From contig JBFLGF010000001.1 in assembly GCA_050230475.1 (NCBI GenBank), positions 124,001 to 188,000 of the forward strand: a DNA stretch of 64,000 bases. Direction: 5' to 3'. The translations under genes and the position numbers were made by a program. The number at the start of each line of letters is the position of its first letter. Position 1 is the stretch's first letter. Origin of the DNA: Ancylonema sp. (taxonomy: Eukaryota). The notes beneath the pieces were generated by a model, which saw only the letters and a list, made by a program, of their open reading frames with translations, made no database searches and was not told the origin of the DNA. This document shows positions 54,925 through 64,000 of the stretch, one piece after another.

Positions 54925-57900
54925 TCAGAGCACCAACTCGGAAATCGAAAGCTCCGCATGCCACATTCCCCTCACAAACTCCTCTACATGCTTCGCTCCA
55001 CCATTCGACAACGCGCGTAGATCTTCCGCATGAACCTCCACCTCTTGGTGTTGGCCGTGGGTTTGGAACTCCTTGATGCCCTTGTCCCATCCGGCCCACC
55101 ACGTCACATCCAACATCTCCACACGGATAGGAAAGCCCGCAAGTTGCCCCACGAATGCGGTCGTGATCACTTTGCGTATGTGTGCGACTTCCGTCTTGAA
55201 GTCATCCCCTACTTGCACCACCTCTATCCCTTGCTCCTCCACCTTCCTCACCAACAACGGGAGCAGTTTCAAGCGTTTCATGAGCTTGCTGCTGGGCTCA
55301 AGAGCCCGTTTCGAATGAATGTACATCCGCGCCGTGAGGGGGCGATCCCTTGCCTCCTCCTCCAGTGCGTCCTCGTCCCCAAACCCCGCGTTTGCGAGGG
55401 ATGAGGAGAAGGTGAGGGAGGCGGCCAGCCAACGCAGCGGGCGCTGAGTGGCCTTGGCGTCGAGGACGCCTAGTGCGTCATCCAGACAGATACGAGCTTC
55501 GGTCCCCAACCCACTAATGGTGACGCGCCACATGGGGTCGCTAGATGATTGACGCTGAAAGTTATGGGCGGAAAGGAATCGTACGAGGGGGTCCAGGGGT
55601 TGGAGCACCTGAGGGGACCACAGTCCACAATCCACAGTCCGCACTGAAATGAGCACAGCGTACCAACAGAGTCATAAGAATTGAAAGTTGGGAGTGTGGT
55701 GAGGTCTTACTTGGGTGTATAGGGCTTGAGATAAGCCCTTCTCTTTCAATGGCTTTGTTTTTTGGACACCTTCGCCATCTGTCTTCACTGGGGTCTGGGT
55801 GTCCAGGTCATGAGTTTTGGCCTTCTTTACCTTCTGCCTGCTGTCCACCTCCGCCCCCCCCTCCACCCGCGCGGAGAGCCCAGAGCTCGCCTGCCTCTGC
55901 CACAGCTTCGCCTGCCTGCGCCCCTTGGCAAGCGCATCCTCAAACTCCTCGATCTCAAGGGACCCCAACGAGTTTTCTGACACAGACCGCCCGAGGTGCA
56001 TCAGGTACTGGGTACCAAAACGAATGACCGCCCCCACCCCCCCCGGCCCCTCTGGGCACCGCTGCAGCGCCTCCACCTGTCTCAACACTGCGGAATGGAG
56101 CCTGCGGAAGGCATGTGCCTGCCAGGTGTCGCCAGCGCATGGCGCCACCAGTGCTGTTGTGTGTAGTTCCAGCCCCCGGTGATGGAGGTGGTGCACCTTC
56201 TCGTAAGGGCGGAACCCCAACTCGTCCCTCTTAGAGTTGGCACCCTGGAATAGTTGGCACACAGACCCCTCCACAAACATGCTGCCCGACGCGCGGTTCA
56301 AGATCACCGACCCATCCACCATGCCTGACAGGTAACGCTCGATCCTGCGCACTGCGGACCACTCCCCTGTGATGTCCGCCCACAGGGGGGGGCGACGGGT
56401 TCCTACTCTCCCGCTGCTGGCAGGGGTGATGACCACGCTCGCCTTCCCCCTGCCCATGAGATGAAGCTTCTGAGCGTAATACGCTTTTCTTCCTTTGTAT
56501 TTGGCACACATCCCTCGGTGTAGTCGTACACGCACGTGTCGGGTGACAGCGGTGAGTAGGCCGTCCACACAGGCAGTGGAGGTGAGGAGGTGAAGGGCGC
56601 CGAGACAGTAGTCACGAAACTCGCGGAAGGAGTGGGAGGAGATGGCCACACACGTGCGGTCACTCTTGAGGGGATCGATGATGCTCAAGGGGGACCCCTC
56701 CCTGCTTCCAGGAAGCTTCTGCCCTTCCCCAGCCCCCAGGTATGTGAGGACTTGAATAAGTGCCTCCCCCACCAAGGTCCCGTCTGCCATTCGTCGCGCT
56801 TCCTCTGGATCCTCTCTCATGCCGTCCAACAAGTCGAACCAAAAGGAGCGAAGGCTCATCATGTCCGCCTCCTCTACTCCCAACGATGCTGAGGTGGCAC
56901 CTCCTAGGTACCCCCTCTCCAGACAGAATGCCACGATCATCCATGTGAGGCCGTCTGCAGTCATGATTCCTAGCGGCTTGTGAGCCACCAATCCGGTACG
57001 CTTTCCCCAGCGAAGCAGTATGCGGAGGAGGAGCAGTAGGGCGGGGCAGGATTGAATGTGGGAGCGCAGCATGAGGCTCTTGAGTAGGCCAGGGGGGTGT
57101 GCCGTCACGTCCAGCGGCACAGCCATGGAACCGCTGTCGCAGATGAGGAGGGGCACCTCAGGATGCGCCAACAACCTCACCTGAAGGGGCCGAGGGGGAC
57201 GGTTATTCATTCTAAGAAACGCAGAGGGTCACCTCCCCAGCTGCACGGACTCACCTCTGGGAAGGAGGGCTGCATTGCCACCTGGAGCTCCTGCAAGAGC
57301 GCCACCTGGCTCGTTTTGGGCAGAGGGTCGGGCCAAGCAGCCCCCGCAGGGAGGGGTGCGGGGAGGAGACATACGTCCACGTCGGACATGTTGGGGTCGA
57401 ACAGGTACGTGGAGGAGGATCCGAACATGCACAGCTGGCGGCCGGGGAGTGGCAGCAGATCCAACACCTCCTCCAACTGCTCGCACAGATTGGCTCGGTC
57501 CACAAAAGATGACCATAGGGACGCCCGGGTGCCGTCAAAGTCCAGCTTCAGGCTGTCACTCACGCGCTCTGGGAGGGACGCGGGAAGGGATCTCTGGGGG
57601 GTCCTGTTGGTCGCAGTAATCACAAGGAGGTCGAGTATGGCCCAAAGGAAGGAGAGGGAGCGGTCTGTGGGGTCAGGGTCCGAATACGCCACCCAGTAGC
57701 AGGCTGCCGCCAGGTCATACTGCTTTCCTGATGAGAGGAGGGAGCACTGGAGATCAAAGGAGCTTCTGGTTTGGGTGACCATGGTCTGGAACAGTTCCTG
57801 GATGGTGGTAACCACGTCCCCCCTGTCCAGGTGGGGATGGACCTTCCGCACGCACCCCGTCACCACTTCCCCCTCACTCTCAATCCCGAACTGATTGCAG

Positions 57901-60900
57901 AGGCCACGGACGGCGGAGCGAAACGACTTGTACAGCCCCTCTGCAATGGGTAGGAAGTCTTCATACCCGGTCGTGAGCAGGGATGGGTCAGGTTGAGTCT
58001 GCTTCGTTCCCATCCCTACCTCCTCACCACTGTGGTCCACACTCATGGCGCGACGGCACATGGTACCGAGGACAGTGGGGGACTCGTAGACCTCCCTGTC
58101 CGTCTTCCCCATGAAATCGGGAAACTGTTTGGGTTGGAGGTCCGCGGGTATCCCCCCCGTCCACCCCGTCTTTCCTGCGTCTACTGCCGTGTGGTGCAGG
58201 TCTGCCAGGCGGAGGCAATCAGGGTGGGCGGCTCCCCCTATGTCCACGTGTGTGTCCGCCCATGCCAGGTGTGCGTTGGCGATCTGCCCCAGCTCCGCAC
58301 TGCCCATCAGTGCCACATAGCTCTCCGCCAGGTGGCGCACGCTCATCATCTCACCCTCCCCGATCTCCACAGCCGCCCCAGGAGTGAAGTCCATGGACGG
58401 GAATTCTGTGGACGGCAGGAGAGACTCGTCCCATATGACGGCGTACTTGTCCCCGTCTAGGTCCCCCCCTGACATCTTATCCGCCTCCGGCCTCTCCCCT
58501 TTCACAGAGAATACCACCACATCGATGGAGTCCCGACCCAGCCGCTCCCTCACTGCACTACTCCCGTTGGCTTTCAATTGGCTCACGTCCCCTGGATGTA
58601 GGCACGGGGTCCTGTACACGGTACACAGGCCGTCCAGGACCCACGGCCACTTCTCCCCAGGGGTCCTCCGGTCCGCCCCTGGTTCCCAGGGGGGTGCCAG
58701 TGGGGCAGACAGTTGCACGAAAACCTCCCCCTCCTCCAGGACCCCACTCGGGTCTGCCACCCCCATCAGCAGCCGCCCCTCCTCCACCCACAGCCGACTC
58801 TTCTCTGTCAGATCACGTACACGCCATTCATAAACGGCGCGCACCATACTGCGCAGCAGCGCATCTTCCCTCACGGACTGCCCCGTGGCCCGCCATGATG
58901 TCAGCAGACTCCCACTGTCCCTAACGCTATTTTGCAGAGCCGCCCATGCTACCTCGTCGTCCTGGAATAGAGTGAGCAGACTGCACAGCTGGCGCTCCTG
59001 CAGGGGGGCACAGAGACGGAGAGGTTGGCGAGAGCGATCCGAGATCGGCTTATGATTGGTACGCAAGTACGAAGGTCACAAACCGCAGAATGAGTTGTCA
59101 CAATCAGAGAATGGCGGTGCTTGCTTTCAGTGTCCTTTCAACAAACACAATTGTGGGCCCATATATTGAGGTAATGAGGTCAAGTACATGATCGAACCGT
59201 ATGCCGTAAACAGTGACTTCACATGCAGTTGCCATTCTGGGCGCCACCTACACTAGAAGGCGTACTGAATCAGTGCGACGCTTGGAAATAACAAAATGGC
59301 CAACTGTGGTATGAGTGTGGTGTGTCCCAACGTGCAGCTTGCCTGCATTGCCTCGAAGAGATGAGGAGGCACCCCCCTCGCCAGCATCAGGGTGATTGCC
59401 TGCCTATTCAGGTACAAGGGCTGGTTGCTAGACTGCCCCTGGACTGAGAGGTGAGAGCGGGAGGACTCAAACTTCTTCATGCTAGGACGAAGATGGAGGT
59501 GACAAGACGGCCAGGAAGAGCCCGGGGAGGGGGGGGGCGCTGTGAGGGCGGACTCTACCGCCACCACCCCCTTCACACCTCCGATGCGGACCTGGAGTAC
59601 GGAGGGGGGAGGGTGGTTGGGGAGGCCCAGCTGGCGCACCACGGCATCCCGGGCGGCGGATGAGATTTTCCCGCACCCGTCTGTGAAGACATGCTTGTTC
59701 TTCCCTCGCCCCACCACATCCTGGAGCAGGTTGGCGTTATGGAGGCACGCAGGGTGGAAGGGGAGGGAGGGTCTGGAGGCAGCCAGGTCTTGACCCAGGC
59801 GGGCAAGGTACTTGGAAGGGCAGCGGATGCTAGACAGGTCCCCAATCCAATCCCACACCTTCTCCACGCTGAGGGACGTCATCCAGCAGCCATGGCTGTG
59901 GATCTGACTGGGGGTGGCCGCCAAGAGCCTGAAGGTCTCCCCCCCCACTTCCAGCCCTTGCACCAGCACCTCCCGCACCCGATCCAGCAGAAGGGACTCC
60001 TGCCCGTGGATAAAACCACCGTTCTCGTCGCGGAAGTTCACTATGAGGAACCGGTCGGGATCCTGGAAGTGGCGGAGGATTGCGTTGGATGCGACTGGAG
60101 CCGGTGGCGAGTGGAGTGTCCGTAAGGGACTTATGGTGGCTCGACGGATGGCAATGTGGTTGGCAGGGAGGGGGAGCAGGGAGGGGCCCCATGAGGGAAC
60201 CGGGTGGGTGGAGGCTGCCTTCAAGACGTCCACCGGATTGCAAAAGCGGCGTAGGAGAGAAGGCATTTGCATGAGAGCCCACTCCGCCCGCTCCCACCCG
60301 CCTTCGGGGCTCCACAGAGCAGCCAGGTGGACAAAGAATCGATCGGGGAGGGTGCCCGCAGGGAGCAGATGAGCATGTTCGGTTCGCAGGCAGTCCAGCA
60401 AGCAGCGCACACGGAAGGGAAATAGGAGGCTAGCGTTGGGTCCACACTCGCTCGCTGCCACCGAATCTCTGTCCCTTTTCCTGCTCACCTCCTGCTCCTC
60501 TGCATCTGCCTCCAGATCCCCCTCCCCCCCCCCCCCCTCCCCCATCTCTTCCCCCTGCGCCAGCGAGTCCTCTATCCACCCCCGCACCACCTCCACCCCC
60601 CCCGCCCTCAGCGCTCCCACCAACGGCCCAGGAACCGCCACCTCCAGTCTGTACACAAACGCCTCCCCCACAGCCTTGGCCACTCCTGCCCCATCCAAGG
60701 CCAACCGCATCCACCTCGTATCCTCCTCCCCAACCACTGCGCGGTAAAGACGAGGGCAGCAAAGAAGAGGCAGGTAGAGCCTGGTCTTCTGCCCCTCTAC
60801 CGCATGCAGCACGGCTGGCCCATGAACAGCGGCGTGGGGGAGCTCCACGCGCAGCTGCAGGTGATGTAGTTCGATGTAGAGAAGACCCTTTTGTACCACC

Positions 60901-63900
60901 CACCGGACCTCCGCCACCTCCCCAGGTCCGTCCAGATCCTCCACCCCGACAAAGACCCCAGGCGTCATCATGTGGCCTACTGTACACCTGGTGAGCGGCG
61001 CCCTGGTGGCGCCACCTGGCATGTCCGCAGCAGATACGCCCTCCCCGTCGCGTTGAAGCCATAGGCGGGTGCCCCGGAGGTCTAGGTGGGCGTTCTGGCA
61101 AAGATCTTGGTAGGCCTGATGCGCTGGTAGGCCAGGTGGCATCAGGATGTGGAGGAGAGCCTGGCCTGTAGGCTTGGCCACCTTCAGATCGCACAACTCC
61201 ACCTCACCCACGCCGGAAAAAAGAGCCGCCACTTCACCTGGACGGAAAGACGGAAAAGAGGGGTTGGATTGGGGGGTAGTCTAGCAAGAGAAGTTATGTC
61301 TAGAGGCGAATCACCTGTGGAGCAAGAAGAAAAAGAACTTGGAACCATCTTTGGTGAGATAACAACATAAGAAGTTGCATATCTGCGTCATTGCATAATG
61401 CACCTATGTTTGCTACGGGAGCAAAGGTTGGAGTGAAACTTTTCTAGAAAATTGGGGATGGGAAAATCAGTCTGCCATGGCTATATCTAACAAACTGGAA
61501 AGCCAAGTCAAGATAGAGTAATGAGCTCTAAATGTAGAGCATTCTGTCTTTCTTCGTCCGGAGAAATATCATTACGAAGCGACTTGATGTTTGTGCTTTC
61601 AATGTTACAGAAGCACGCAGTGCGATCAATGGTTGTATTGATCCAGTTACATTGTTTCAGATTAACTTGCCGAGGGCGCATCTTGGCAGTTGATAGTTGA
61701 GCACAACAGTGTCATGGATGAGATAGAGCAAGCAGGATGACGATGTGAAATAGTGCAAATATTGTTATTGTGATGATAGAAAAGGGCAGGCTAAATGATT
61801 GAGTGAGAAGCAGAATGGAGAAATTGCTTTGGTGAAGTGTACTTTGGTGAACGTGATTTAAAATTATTATATCTGTCATCCTCTGCCTCCTCACCCTGGG
61901 CAGCAGAGCGTGGGACATTGTGCAAAGTAATCACCAGACTCTCCCCACCGCCCGGATCCTGCTTGTCAAGAACGACCACACCTTCTCCCACTTCTACTTG
62001 TGCTTCTACTTCCCCTGTCGCCCCCCCTCTCTCTCCACTCTGCCACTCCATGCGTGCCTTATCAAGTTGGGAGCAGAGGTGGTGAGTTTGGGGGGATGCC
62101 ACCTGCTGCATCCCCCGTATGGCCCTCATCATGCAACGCTCCTCTTCACAACGAGACTCCCACACCCCCTTCTCCTCCACGTTGGCCAGCACCACAAAGC
62201 GACTGTCCCTCTTCCTTGCCCTCCCCCTGCTCTGGATGAGTGCCGTCATGGAGACAGCTCCGTCGAATCGTATCACAAGGTTGCATGCGGGCACATCCAG
62301 GCCTTCTTCTGCGACACTGGTGGCCACCAGAATGCGATACACCCCGGAACGGAACCGATCCAGCACGGGCTTCTGCTCCTCTTGCCAGCTCATCCCGTCA
62401 AACCCAGAGTGACCGACCAACGTGGCTACCTTGAGCTTCTTCAGGGCTTCTACCTGCCCCAACATCTTGGCCACAAGCTTGGTTGTGCTTTTCTTCTGCA
62501 CGAATATGAGCACACGGGAGTTGGAATTGTGGCGGAGAGATTTCGTGACCTCATCTATCACAGCAGTCATCCTGCTAGACCACTCCTCCCTGTCTCCCTC
62601 CCCCACTCCATGACCTGTCCACGAAAGCGGCCATCTCAAGTCCCGGATGATCTCCAGCTTTGCCGCTTGCTCCTTGGAGCACCCCACCCTCTTCCAGTAT
62701 CTGCACAGTTCCCTCCGTGAAGCCGAGGGGCTGTACACGTGGCACGTCCACAGCATGCTCATCATTTCCAGGGCGTGCTGCACCACGGCACGCAGGGGAC
62801 CCGCCTTGCGGGCAGAGGCGAAGTCCTGAAGCTTCCGCAGTTCCCCCCTCAGGTTTCCCTCCACCAACTCTGCTGAGAAATTGGAGTCTAACTGGAAGTA
62901 GTCACTGGCCACAGCCATCCTCTGCACCTTGGCCAGCAGAGTGTTCAAGTACCCCACCAACTCCCGTTTGAATGCCTCCTCGTCTGCAGAGGGCACCACC
63001 GGCACACACTCTGTGTCGGCTCTGGCAGTGAGATCTTCCAACTGCTGCCAGTAGAGATTCGGTACCCGGAATTCGGCGCCGCAGAAGGCCTGGGACAGGG
63101 AACGCAGCTGGATACCTGTTTGCGCCATGGAAATCTTGCCACCTGGGGACGCTGTGAGACCTGGCACATCACAGGGCAGGTCGCATACTGCAATGAGATC
63201 TAGAGAGGACAGTCTTCTGGCATTCACAGTTGCACAGGACGTGTTTGCAGATTACGAGGTATCAATCAGTTTGGGACGACCATAAAATTCAGGGCATCTA
63301 AATCGATGAAGGGACCAACGAGAGGGATGTGCAGAACCTCATACAACATTCTCGGAGGTGGAGGCAACACCACGCTTTTCAAAATCATGTATCTGGTGTT
63401 GCATACCTTTTTTACCATAATTGTATGGTCAAAATTGCACGCACTACCAGATACATAATTTTGAAGACTGAAAGTCTACAAACATCTACACACATGATTG
63501 AAGTATGAGTACAATTACACGAATTGACACCCACACCCTCACAACTCACCTAGAAGACGGGGCCTGTCCTCCAGGAGGCAAGGACGGAAATGTTCATTCA
63601 GGATACGAGCAAAAGGGTGGGTCTTGGAAGCGTGGTGGGCTTCATCGAATACCAACAGGCTGCACCAAGAGAGAGGGAAGCCCGCTGCCAGCTTGTTCAG
63701 AAAGACCTGCGCTGTCATGGCCAGCACGTCGTAATCATCTTTGAGGGACATTATGTCGGCAGCAGTGGAGAGGTTGAGCGAGGAGGAATTCTCTCCGGTG
63801 TATTCCTGCAAAAAAACGAAGAGCGGCAGTGGAGAGGCTGAGCGAGAAGGGATTTTCGTCAATGTATTTCTGGAGGCAACCGAAGAGCAGCAGGTATGTG

Positions 63901-64000
63901 GTTTACACAAGCTGTGATCCCGCCCATGTGCTGCTTTACACACCTGAACCCGCAGACCGGCATCCACCCTAAGTACTTGTGCTTGCTGATGCACAAGCGG
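54925..64000 (-). CDS. Multidomain RNA-dependent RNA polymerase: Dicer/RIG-I-like helicase + RRM + RdRP + Cid1/TUTase-like nucleotidyltransferase + KH-like + C-terminal domain; 5' end beyond the window
   Basis: Exons >64000-63944, 63805-63550, 63160-61895, 61237-59343, 58997-57255, 57180-55711 and 55608-54925 total 7371 nt and join in frame. Helicase motifs PLVHQQ, VFDEAHHA, LLGLTASP, VLIFV, ILVATSVAEEGLDVPACNLV, QSRGRAR. RdRP motifs TDGCGKIS, QVRIGGVKG, LRPSMKKF, LNRQ, RTPCLHPGD, SGGDLDGDKY, AVDAGKTG, FPDFM. NTase motifs FGSS..SDVDV, VPLL..LDVT, LSIIDP. Confidence 0.9.

Noticed and set aside
61791..64000. Calling the helicase a Dicer-like (DCL) gene
   Set aside because: No PAZ or RNase III motifs downstream; it splices in frame into RRM-RdRP.
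54925..64000. Endogenous RNA virus as source of the RdRP-helicase
   Set aside because: DLDGD is the cellular double-psi-barrel RdRP signature, not viral GDD. The gene has spliceosomal introns and host-like composition.

Overview
Eukaryotic, intron-containing nuclear DNA from a plastid-bearing green-lineage organism. VTE6 and a JMJ13-type gene suggest a streptophyte, possibly an alga; this is inference. GC-rich host genes are NDUFA9, INTS3, VTE6, a conserved uncharacterised plant protein and a very large RNA-silencing gene. They alternate with AT-rich islands of nested transposons: pogo-, Tourist- and hAT-type non-autonomous elements, an endonuclease-bearing Helitron (Helentron) carrying an RPA70-like gene, HINE-like derivatives, Copia and Gypsy LTR elements, and one CACTG-terminated element end. 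The top finding is the minus-strand gene at 54925->64000. It splices into one frame of at least ~2450 codons with the order Dicer/RIG-I-type DExD/H helicase, RRM, cellular RdRP (DLDGD), Cid1/TUTase-type nucleotidyltransferase with PAP-associated motif, KH-like, and a possible triphosphate-tunnel-like C-terminus. This resembles an RdRP complex fused into one polypeptide. The second finding is a diverged JMJ13/JMJ706-like histone demethylase embedded in transposon DNA and disrupted by a Copia insertion after codon 7, a candidate transposon-borne anti-silencing gene. All domain calls come from motif recognition by eye; no searches were run.
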